A stretch of DNA of 64,000 bases from an uncultured Opitutaceae bacterium (lineage in GTDB: Bacteria > Verrucomicrobiota > Verrucomicrobiia > Opitutales > Opitutaceae), in contig CAYYVB010000001.1 of the NCBI GenBank assembly GCA_964475035.1, positions 7,573 through 71,572 on the forward strand, in the 5' to 3' direction. This document shows positions 19,391 through 27,722 of this stretch, piece after piece; the stretch's first letter is position 1, and the number at the start of each line of letters is the position of its first letter. Under the pieces are notes generated by a model. The model saw only the letters and a program-made list of their open reading frames with translations, made no database searches and was not told the origin of the DNA. A program made the translations under genes and the position numbers.

Positions 19391-20442
19391 ATCGAGGTTT
19401 GCGGGACCGGCAGCCGCGCGAGGGCGAGTGCGGCCGATGCGCGGTTGTCGCCCGCCGGATCGGGAGCGGCGGCGGGTGCCGGGTTAGTGGGCGCAGGCGG
19501 TGGCGCGGCCGGTGCCGGCGGCGGGGGAGACGGCGGCAGCCCGCCGGACTTGCCGGATGAGCCGGCCGCCGCAGCGGCCATCGCAGGCGCGGCGAGCCCG
19601 CCGGTCTTCAGGGTCTTCATCATCCAGGCGACCTGTTGCAGGACGTAGAGCTGTTGCAGCGCCGCGCCGCCGCCGCCTGTGACTGGCGATCCACCGCAGA
19701 TCAGGCCCTGCATGAGGAACGGCGTCCCCAAGGTGCCGATGAGGAGCCACAATCCCGCCAGTAAGCCGCCCAGGAGACTCGCGAATGACGCTGCGTCGAT
19801 CTCGCCCGGCGTCAGTCCGTAGGCGACCGCCAGATTGTCGCCGTAAGCCGTGAGCAGGTGGTAGGCGACCAACTCCGTGACCGCGAATCCGATCGGCCAC
19901 GCCAGGATGGCGAGCGTTTGCTGCACGTAGCGCGCGGCGAGTTGCGCCTGCGATGGAATCATGAAGAGCGCCAGTGCCACCGGCAGGAACAGGTAGCACA
20001 GCAGCTTCAAAACAAATTGCAGGACGAGGAACGGCAGTTGCAGCAGGCTCGCGACCAGCACCAGCAGCTTCGCCGAACCGAAAAGGAACGCCTGATAAAC
20101 CGACTCGCCGATCCGCCGCAGGCTGAACTCGGTCGTGCTGCCGCTCACCGTCTCCCGGAGCTTGGAAGCGGCCCGCATCGGATGCTCCGTGTAGCCCGCA
20201 TGCACCGTGTCGGCGAAGGAGAGAAACACCTTCTCGGTGAATTCGAACCAGTGGGGCAGCGTGGCGATCAGGCCGACCACCACGGTGGCCCGCACGAGGG
20301 GACGCGCCACGCCCTCCAAGTCAGTCCGCGCCTGCTGGACTTGGATCACAATTCCCGCCGTGCAGACGAAGAACACGATCACGCGCAGCGCTTCACTGAC
20401 GCTGAGCACGCTTTCGCGCAGTCCTGGAGCGAAGTTCTCCAT
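19387..20442 (-). CDS. VirB6/TrbL-like polytopic membrane protein
   Basis: Multiple TM segments, Gly/Ala/Pro-rich tail; start ATG 20442. Confidence 0.65.
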   Translation of the reverse strand: MENFAPGLRESVLSVSEALRVIVFFVCTAGIVIQVQQARTDLEGVARPLVRATVVVGLIATLPHWFEFTEKVFLSFADTVHAGYTEHPMRAASKLRETVSGSTTEFSLRRIGESVYQAFLFGSAKLLVLVASLLQLPFLVLQFVLKLLCYLFLPVALALFMIPSQAQLAARYVQQTLAILAWPIGFAVTELVAYHLLTAYGDNLAVAYGLTPGEIDAASFASLLGGLLAGLWLLIGTLGTPFLMQGLICGGSPVTGGGGAALQQLYVLQQVAWMMKTLKTGGLAAPAMAAAAAGSSGKSGGLPPSPPPPAPAAPPPAPTNPAPAAAPDPAGDNRASAALALARLPVPQTSM

Positions 20443-20608
20443 TAGTTCCGTCCCTCCCACGGCCGCTGCCGCAGTTCTTCCTGTCGGAGCGCGGCGGCGA
20501 CTTTTGGATCGCGCGGCCCCTCGCTCGCGCGTCGCAGCTTGCGGCGAAGCACCCACGCGCACACGGCCGCGCTGGCCACGAGAATGCATCCAATCGAAAA
20601 CACCGTGC

Positions 20609-21418
20609 TCATGGACGCGTGTAGCGGGTGGGAGTCACTTTCACGGCTTCCTGCCAGTCGCGCATGACCGACAGGCTCTGGCGTTCCTCGGCCAATTGGC
20701 GTTCGAGCAGATCCTGCCGCTCCTTCGCGGCCTGGTTCTCGTTCAGAATCTGCTGCGCCTGGAGCTTGGCCGACTCATCGGCGCGCACGGCCGCAACATG
20801 CCCAAGCTGCGCATTCAGGGCGCCGAGTTTGGCCGCCAGCTTGTCCACTTCCGCCTGGGTCGGCGCGGTGCGCAACTGCTCCAGCGTGGCGGCAATGTCG
20901 TTCTGCAATGCTACCGCGCGGGAGTCTGCCTTCGCCTGCACCTCGGCCATCGTATCCGCCTGTCTTTCGACCGCGGCATAGCGCCGATACAAATCCCCCT
21001 GCCGGGTGAACTCGCGTCCGAACACGGTTCGGTCGTCGAGTTTCTTGTAGATGCCTTCCGAGGTGCGGTGCAGCGAGTCGATCGCATTGGACAGTCTCCA
21101 TGCCGCGCGAAGGGTTTCGCCGTAGGTCCGGGCGAGTTCATCCTGACCGAGCTCGCGCAACACGACACCAACTCCCGCCGCCGACGGATCGCCGATCACA
21201 TCGCGGATGCGCTGCTGCACGGCGAGCTGTTCCTCGAGCTGGCGGAGCTGCCGGTTGAGCTTTTCCAACTGCTCGGCCCACTGCCGGAGGACTTCGAGAT
21301 GGTTGGCGGCCTGACCGGCTTCAATCGCCGTGTTCACAGCCGTGTTGACGGGATCGTTGACGATCCACTGTGCGCACACCGGCGCCGCCAATAGCGAAAA
21401 GAGGAGAAGTCGTTTCAT
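20609..21418 (-). CDS. VirB5/TrbJ-like protein
   Basis: Signal peptide, QWIVNDPVN, Gln-rich coiled coils. Confidence 0.7.
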   Translation of the reverse strand: MKRLLLFSLLAAPVCAQWIVNDPVNTAVNTAIEAGQAANHLEVLRQWAEQLEKLNRQLRQLEEQLAVQQRIRDVIGDPSAAGVGVVLRELGQDELARTYGETLRAAWRLSNAIDSLHRTSEGIYKKLDDRTVFGREFTRQGDLYRRYAAVERQADTMAEVQAKADSRAVALQNDIAATLEQLRTAPTQAEVDKLAAKLGALNAQLGHVAAVRADESAKLQAQQILNENQAAKERQDLLERQLAEERQSLSVMRDWQEAVKVTPTRYTRP

Positions 21419-21603
21419 GGTTGTTGGGATTGGGCCGTCTCTGCCGGACGACGCTGCTGGTTTTGGATGATCCAATACTGCTCCTTCACGGCTTGGGCGT
21501 AGCCGCGCTGGTAACCCCGCGCTTCCGCGTCGGCCTCGCGTCGCCGCGGGCTCGCGCACCCGGCAAGAAGCAGGCACAAAATGATCAGGCCGGCGGCGCG
21601 CAT
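21415..21603 (-). CDS. Small lipoprotein (VirB7-like or entry-exclusion-like)
   Basis: MRAAGLIILCLLLAGC lipobox; 62 aa; overlaps both neighbours. Confidence 0.6.
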   Translation of the reverse strand: MRAAGLIILCLLLAGCASPRRREADAEARGYQRGYAQAVKEQYWIIQNQQRRPAETAQSQQP

Positions 21604-24500
21604 GGAGCCTCCTGGAAGTGCCGCAGCGTGCCGCATTGCGGCGGCTGCGCCGTGGGAGTGAAGTAACATAGCGACGAATGCCGCTTGTCGGCTGGCAACT
21701 GCTCCGGCAGCGGGTAACGCTGGATGGCGTCGAGCGCCGTTTCCGGCAGCGGCAGATCGCGGGCGAGGTCGACGAGATCGGCCCGGTCGGCCTGCCGCAT
21801 GAAGAAGAATTGCTTCGCGTTGCCGATGACCGCACCGCGCACCCGCGACGCCTTGAATCGGGCATACTGCTGGATGATCGAGGCGCACCAGCAGTTGTGC
21901 TTGCGCAACTGCGCGTAGCCCTCCGCCACGATCTGCTCGCCGCCTGGTGTGTCGAGGAACCGCGCCAGTTCCTCGAAGAGGATGCGCTTACGCTGCGTTC
22001 GCGGCAGCGACAGGATGTGCTGGCGGCCGAGTCCGCCGATGAGGAGCCCGGCAGCGGTCTTCATCTCCACCGCCTGTTCCGGGATCAGTCCCAGTTCGAA
22101 GAGCACAACCCGGCGCTGGAACGACACGTTTGTCGCGCCGTCGAAGAGCCGTCCATACTGCCCGTCCGCACACCACGCGCGGAGGAGCGTGGCCAGGCGG
22201 TCGATCTCGTGCTTGTCGTGCTCGGGCAGACGCGCGTAAGCGAGCAGTTCGACGAGCGCCGCATGGGTCGGGAAATCCTCCGGCCCGTAGAAGCCGCATG
22301 CTGTCTGCGCCACGAGTCGCTCGGTCGCAGGTTCCTGGGCAAAGCGGGTAATCGCGGCCTCGGTGAGGCCGGCGACGAAGGCGAGGGCCTTGTCCTCCTT
22401 CGCGTGAACCCGTTCCCGCAGATCGACGAACGCCTCCACGGGTGTCGTGCCCGCCGGCAGTTTCGTCCGCCAGGCATGCACCGCGCAGGCAAACCGGCGC
22501 ACTTCTTCCGCGCGTAGCGGATTTCGGCGCGACCAATCGGTGCAGGTGTCGCGAAAGAGCTGGTGCAGGTATTGGGTGAGCTGGGCTTGACGCAGCGCGA
22601 GTTGTTCGGCGCTCTCGGGCGCGCCCACCATGCGCGCGAGCAGGGCGACCGCGGTGGCCAGATGGAGCTGCGTGAGCGGCAGTCCCTGCGTGTCGAGATA
22701 GTTGAGGGTGAACCCGGCGTCCGGATGGATGACGATCGAGGTCTCGCCCAACGCCTCCGCGAACCGGCGGTAGGATTGGCCCTCCTCGATGAGCAGCGAA
22801 TGCGAGAACAGGCCGGCCGTCTGGAACAGGAAATCCTCGATGAAGGCTGATTTACCGGCCCCGGTCATCCCGAAGACCACGGCGTGCTGGGGCGATCCGC
22901 CCACTGCTGTCGTCACCCCGACCAGATTGCCGTGGTTTCCGTCATAGAGTGCCTCGGCGTCCGCCAAGGCTCCGGTGAAGGTGGCGGAGAAGGGGAGCAC
23001 GTCGGCGAGGTAGGTATCCTCGGCATACAGCTCGCGATGGTGATAGGCGGAATGCGTCCAACCGGGCCACGACGCGAAGAACAGCTTCTTCGCCGTCGTC
23101 GGCAGCGCGCATTCGAAGCACTGCGCGCCGTCCATCGCGTTCACTGCCGCCTGCACCGCAGCGACCTTTTCACGCAGCGCCTCGGGCGTCGGTGCCCAAA
23201 CCCGGATGAGGTAGGTGACATGGAAGGGACGGGCGAAGCCGCCCGACAGGGCCTCGACCTTTCGCTCCTTCTTGCGCAGGGCCACGAGCAGCGAGGCCCG
23301 CGGTTTATCGGCGTATTCGCCGCGGAGTCGCTCGGCCGCTTTCTCCTCCTCCGTAATGACCCGCCGGCTCGCGACCGGCGTCAGGTTGACGGTTATGCAG
23401 TAGTCGAGGAACGGCAGCCCCGTCAGGTGGGTGACGATGCCGGGACGGGACCGTTGCGGCCAGCGCGACAAGGCGAGCACCGCATGATGATGGCCATCGA
23501 GCACGAATCCGCCGGTGCGCTGCCCGATGCCTTCGCTGTGCCAGCAGTTCTCTTGGATGGACAGCGCGGGATCGAAACCTGCGGTTGGATCCTCCTCGGC
23601 GCGCCGCTCAAGGCTCGGGTTCAGGAACCGCCGGATGAGCGCGTAGTGTTCGACGTCGCCCAAGGGCTGCACCGGTGTCTCGGGTCCAAAGACCGTGCGC
23701 AGCGTTTCCGCGAACTCCTCGAATTGGCCGGCCAGTTCCTCCAACACCGTGCGGTAGTGTTCCGTGATCCCCGAGCGGGTGGCGGCGAATCCCGGCGAGG
23801 CCGTGATCTCGATGGAGAGGAAGATTACCAGGTGCTCCCGCCGGAGTGTCCCGTTCATGATCCGCGGCCAGTAGCGCGAGAAACGTTCGTTTCGCACGCG
23901 CCGCACTTCCGGGTCCGGGATTTTCTGCGTGGCCTCGTGGTAGTGCAGCAGCGCCTGGCGGAAGTCCGCATCCACCCACCACTGCACTTGCAGCCTTCTT
24001 CCGGGCGCGAGCAACGCGAGCAGCGTCCGCACCTGGTCCTGGAAGGCGTTGAGCCGCTCATATGACGCTCCGCGCAGATCAGGTCTCTCCAACCGGAATC
24101 CCTTGGCCGCCAGACCGCCCTGTTCAGGCGAGCCGAACACGAGCATACCGTGGACAAATCGGCCCTCGGGGGAACAGGTATGGTTTTTAGCAAGGCTCTC
24201 GCCCGGCCGTTCCCGCGTGAAATCACCGCCACACAGGAGGTCGTCAAACTTGTCCCGGTCGTAGCCCGCGGGCTTCCCCTGTTTGAACAGGATGATCCAG
24301 CCGCCAACGAGGGCCACCGGCACGGCAGCGACGGCAGCCGCGATGCTCGGTCCGGCGCCAACCCATACGATTCCGGCAAAGAGTGCGATGGCGGAGACGA
24401 TGCCCAATACCACCGGCAGGTAGAGGTTGCCCTCGAGTCCAAAGGCCCGGCCCTTCGAGTCATCGCTCGCGTTGGTATCGGTGAAGCGCAGTTCGCTCAT
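21585..24500 (-). CDS. virB4: VirB4-family conjugation ATPase with N-terminal VirB3-like TM hairpin
   Basis: HAVVFGMTGAGKS Walker A; ILFEELARFL; QLRKHNC...QQ; two N-terminal TM segments. Confidence 0.85.
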   Translation of the reverse strand: MSELRFTDTNASDDSKGRAFGLEGNLYLPVVLGIVSAIALFAGIVWVGAGPSIAAAVAAVPVALVGGWIILFKQGKPAGYDRDKFDDLLCGGDFTRERPGESLAKNHTCSPEGRFVHGMLVFGSPEQGGLAAKGFRLERPDLRGASYERLNAFQDQVRTLLALLAPGRRLQVQWWVDADFRQALLHYHEATQKIPDPEVRRVRNERFSRYWPRIMNGTLRREHLVIFLSIEITASPGFAATRSGITEHYRTVLEELAGQFEEFAETLRTVFGPETPVQPLGDVEHYALIRRFLNPSLERRAEEDPTAGFDPALSIQENCWHSEGIGQRTGGFVLDGHHHAVLALSRWPQRSRPGIVTHLTGLPFLDYCITVNLTPVASRRVITEEEKAAERLRGEYADKPRASLLVALRKKERKVEALSGGFARPFHVTYLIRVWAPTPEALREKVAAVQAAVNAMDGAQCFECALPTTAKKLFFASWPGWTHSAYHHRELYAEDTYLADVLPFSATFTGALADAEALYDGNHGNLVGVTTAVGGSPQHAVVFGMTGAGKSAFIEDFLFQTAGLFSHSLLIEEGQSYRRFAEALGETSIVIHPDAGFTLNYLDTQGLPLTQLHLATAVALLARMVGAPESAEQLALRQAQLTQYLHQLFRDTCTDWSRRNPLRAEEVRRFACAVHAWRTKLPAGTTPVEAFVDLRERVHAKEDKALAFVAGLTEAAITRFAQEPATERLVAQTACGFYGPEDFPTHAALVELLAYARLPEHDKHEIDRLATLLRAWCADGQYGRLFDGATNVSFQRRVVLFELGLIPEQAVEMKTAAGLLIGGLGRQHILSLPRTQRKRILFEELARFLDTPGGEQIVAEGYAQLRKHNCWCASIIQQYARFKASRVRGAVIGNAKQFFFMRQADRADLVDLARDLPLPETALDAIQRYPLPEQLPADKRHSSLCYFTPTAQPPQCGTLRHFQEAPCAPPA

Positions 24501-24503
24501 GGG

Positions 24504-24821
24504 TCAGAAGCGAGGTGAGATGACGGCGTCCTGCATCCCGAAAATCACAAACAGGGCACCCATGATGGCCGCCGCCGCGGCGATGATGATCCCGGCCAGA
24601 ATGCCGCCCTTGCCCTCCGAATCGCCCTTGGAGATCGCGTTGGCTCCGCCCCAGATTTTCAGGACGCCCCAGAAAAATCCGACCATGAAGACTAGCACGA
24701 GGGCCGTGCCAAACCCGTCGCGCAGATTCTGGAGCTGGGCCAGCATTTGGCCCGGTGAAGCGGAAACAAAGAAGGAAAGCAGCATTTCGCTAAAAACCAT
24801 ACGAAAAACATGTCTTGTCAA
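24504..24821 (-). CDS. VirB2/TrbC-like conjugative pilin (true start may be further downstream)
   Basis: Small protein, two hydrophobic helices joined by a charged loop, directly upstream of virB3/4. Confidence 0.6.
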   Translation of the reverse strand: MTRHVFRMVFSEMLLSFFVSASPGQMLAQLQNLRDGFGTALVLVFMVGFFWGVLKIWGGANAISKGDSEGKGGILAGIIIAAAAAIMGALFVIFGMQDAVISPRF

Positions 24822-24854
24822 AGCAAAACGTATGGCTTTAAGTTCCCCCCCCCC

Positions 24855-25334
24855 ATGAAAGAACCGGCACCGGTCAAGGTGAGTTTCTCATTCTATCCGC
24901 GAGACATGAAGGTCTTGGCGGACCGTGTCGCCGAACTGGGCCGGGCCGGCATGAAGGTGCGCGACGCCACCTTGCTGCGCGCCCTCATCTACAGCACCTC
25001 GTCGGCGGAGATGTTTGCTCATGCGGTGCTCCTCGCCGCGGCTTACGCCAAGAAAGGCGGCCTGCGTGAAGAGGATTGCGTCGCCGGCCGCCCGACGGTC
25101 GATCTGCCGCCGGAGCACGTGAAGAAGCTCGATGCCGTCGCCGACGAGTTGGCGAAGAAAGAGGTCATCATCGCCAACCGTGCGTTCGTCGTTCGGGCTA
25201 TTCTTCGGGCGAGTCCGACTGGCGATGAACTCGCGCCCGTCATGCGGGATTTTTTGGAAAAATTCCCTTACAAGCCGCGCGGAATTTCCAAACTGCGTCT
25301 GGAACGAAAGGCGAAATCGCGTGGACGGAGCTGA
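24855..25334 (+). CDS. Putative tandem ribbon-helix-helix DNA-binding protein
   Basis: Internal duplication: KVSFSFYPRDMKVL..VAEL...LLRALI / RPTVDLPPEHVKKL..VADEL...VVRAIL. Confidence 0.5.
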   Translation: MKEPAPVKVSFSFYPRDMKVLADRVAELGRAGMKVRDATLLRALIYSTSSAEMFAHAVLLAAAYAKKGGLREEDCVAGRPTVDLPPEHVKKLDAVADELAKKEVIIANRAFVVRAILRASPTGDELAPVMRDFLEKFPYKPRGISKLRLERKAKSRGRS

Positions 25335-26226
25335 CCGCATCGCCCATCTCCGCGGCCTCGAGGCACACCTCCGTGGACACATCCGCGGCCAGGATCACCT
25401 CCTGACCCGTATCGCTGCCGTGTTCTGCCGGGGAGCCTTGGGGCTTGCGGCACCCGATCGTCCCCAAGGATCCCTTCTCCTCGTCGGTCCGACTGGCACG
25501 GGGAAATCTGAAGCCTTCACGTGTGCGACCGAATACGTCTTCGGTTCCGGACATCTCGTCACCTTTGACATGTCCGAATATCAGGACAAAACGGCCGTGA
25601 ATAAATTGCTCGGCGAAGATCGCTCCGATCCCGGTCTGCTGGGGCGTGCGCTTCAGAATTTGCCGTCCGGTGGTTTACTCTTCGACGAAATCGAGAAAGC
25701 CCATCCCTTGGTGATGGACCTCTTCCTCCAAGTGCTCTGGCGTGGATGTATCACCGTCGCCACCGGCCAAACCTACTCCTTCGGCCACTATGTCGTCGGG
25801 CTCACCTCCAACATCGGTGCCGCCGACGCCATGCGAATGGAGCATTCCCGGTTTGCGACCATCGAGCAGGCGACACTTCGGCGAATCGAGCAGACTTTGC
25901 GCCCGGAATTGGTTGGGAGACTCGATGAAAAGCTCGTCTTTGCGCGCCTCGGTCCGTCCGTGCAGGAGGAAATCTGCGTCCTCGAAGTGCAGCGCGAGAC
26001 CGCGCGGCTCCGGGGGCTCGGACATGATTTGGTCGTGTCGCGCGAGGCGTTGGAATTTCTCGTGCGCGAGGGCTTCCACCCGCAGCTCGGTGCTCGGCCA
26101 CTGAGAAAAACCGTGGAGCGGCAACTACAGGATGCTGTGGTCCGCAGTCTGTTTGCCCGCGGCCTTGCTTCGGGGAGCGTCGAAGCTGATGTGTCCCAGC
26201 GCAGACTGCAAATCGCGCGTGTGTGA
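25321..26226 (+). CDS. ClpA/ClpB second-AAA-module-only ATPase
   Basis: IRGQD, PQGSLLLVGPTGTGKS, DMSEYQ, LLFDEIEKAHP, TSNIG, RPELVGRLD, GARPLRK; GTG start 25321. Confidence 0.85.
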   Translation: MDGADRIAHLRGLEAHLRGHIRGQDHLLTRIAAVFCRGALGLAAPDRPQGSLLLVGPTGTGKSEAFTCATEYVFGSGHLVTFDMSEYQDKTAVNKLLGEDRSDPGLLGRALQNLPSGGLLFDEIEKAHPLVMDLFLQVLWRGCITVATGQTYSFGHYVVGLTSNIGAADAMRMEHSRFATIEQATLRRIEQTLRPELVGRLDEKLVFARLGPSVQEEICVLEVQRETARLRGLGHDLVVSREALEFLVREGFHPQLGARPLRKTVERQLQDAVVRSLFARGLASGSVEADVSQRRLQIARV

Positions 26227-26665
26227 CACTGGCCAATAATTGTGTTCGCAGCGGTAGCTGGCAGACATGCTCTTGCGCTCGGAGTAGGTGCCCTCATTCA
26301 CTTCCTTGTTCCATGGTTTGCCGGTTTCGATCCAAGACTGAGAAGGATTTTCCGCAGGGCTGGAGGTTTGCCGATGTTGTCATGGTCATGAGGAAAATTA
26401 TTTAATTGCCGAATTTCGCTTGCGCGAAAGGTCGTACTTCATTTCAAAGACGGTGTCTCGCGGGCGGGGGTCAACGCTGGCAGGACGCCTGTATTCCTGC
26501 TGTATGAGCAACGCTCAGCCTTGCCCCCTTTTTGCCACTTCAACCGCGTGTGTCCGCGTGACGAAATCGCCCTGTGCTTTGAGCGTCGCCAGCAGTGCGG
26601 GCCATTCGCGAGAGCGATGCAACGCAGATGCCGCTCTTATCGCTCGAACAACCTGTGCCAAATTT

Positions 26666-27721
26666 ATGCGTTATTTAATTCTCTGCCTGGCCGTAGTCAT
26701 AACGGCGGGGTTGCATGCCCAGTCGAACAGCCCTGATGCCTCGCAACGATGGCAGGCCCTGCAGGAGAGGCGGATTCCCGCGTTGGCGAAGAAGCCCGCG
26801 CGCACGACCCCGAAAACCGCGCAGGAGCAGGCGCAGGAGCGCCAAGAACTCGTCGCGCACTACTCTTCCCTGGCGGATGCAGCAAAGTCGTTTCGCGAAA
26901 GTTTTCCCGAGGACGCGAACGGCAAGGCGGCTTTGGTCATCGAAGCAGACAGCCTGCTAAAGGCGGCTTTTCTTGGTGACAACACACGGGCCTCATACAT
27001 GGACACGCTCGTCAATGATGTTTTGAAGGATACTACCATTTCATCACAGGCTCGCTACGGCATCGCGGCATTCTCAGACCATCTGTTGCGGAAAAAAAAT
27101 GTGCGCAGTTCGGGCGACGCCAGAATCGCGGATGAGGCGTCCGCTCGCTATCTGATCAAGGAGTTTCCCGCTGAAGAAGGTGGATATTTGAAGCTGCTTA
27201 ACAACGCGGATGCCAGCGGCGACCGTGCAAGAATCGACTCCGCCGTTCAGGAAATCGAGGCATCCCCCGCGCCTTTTGCGGCTAAAGGCGCCGCGCAGGT
27301 CGTTGCAAAGCGTTACGCGCTGATCGGGAAATCGCTTGCCGACGTGGCGAATACCGCCCTGGGGCGGGGGAATTTTTTCGAGGTGGCGCGCGGGAGGAAA
27401 ACCCTTCTCTACACTTGGGCTTCATGGAGTCCGGGTAGTTTGGATTTCGCCAAGGACGTCCTGAGCAAGGTTGGAAAAGAGGTCCTCGTTATCGGTTACA
27501 ACCTGGATCGCGACGTGGAAGCAGCCAAAGAGGTCGCACGGAAGGAAAAGTTACCGGGAACTCATTATTACGACAATGCCGGGCTCGGAAGTTTCCTGAC
27601 GCTCCTTCTGTCGTTCAACAGTGCACCGCTCGTTTACATGACTGACCAAAATGGCGTGATCACCGATGTCGCGGCACAGCGACGGGATATTCTCGGAGCG
27701 CTGAAAGAGGGGGCGAACTGA
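26666..27721 (+). CDS. Exported protein with TlpA/thioredoxin-like domain lacking CxxC
   Basis: Signal peptide; LLYTWASWSPGS, VIGYNLD, PLVYMTDQNGVI. Confidence 0.7.
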   Translation: MRYLILCLAVVITAGLHAQSNSPDASQRWQALQERRIPALAKKPARTTPKTAQEQAQERQELVAHYSSLADAAKSFRESFPEDANGKAALVIEADSLLKAAFLGDNTRASYMDTLVNDVLKDTTISSQARYGIAAFSDHLLRKKNVRSSGDARIADEASARYLIKEFPAEEGGYLKLLNNADASGDRARIDSAVQEIEASPAPFAAKGAAQVVAKRYALIGKSLADVANTALGRGNFFEVARGRKTLLYTWASWSPGSLDFAKDVLSKVGKEVLVIGYNLDRDVEAAKEVARKEKLPGTHYYDNAGLGSFLTLLLSFNSAPLVYMTDQNGVITDVAAQRRDILGALKEGAN

Positions 27722-27722
27722 C

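Noticed and set aside
25321-26226. ClpV of a type VI secretion system serving the RHS toxin
   Set aside because: Single AAA module only, no tss/vgrG/PAAR genes, and the RHS protein has a Sec-type signal.
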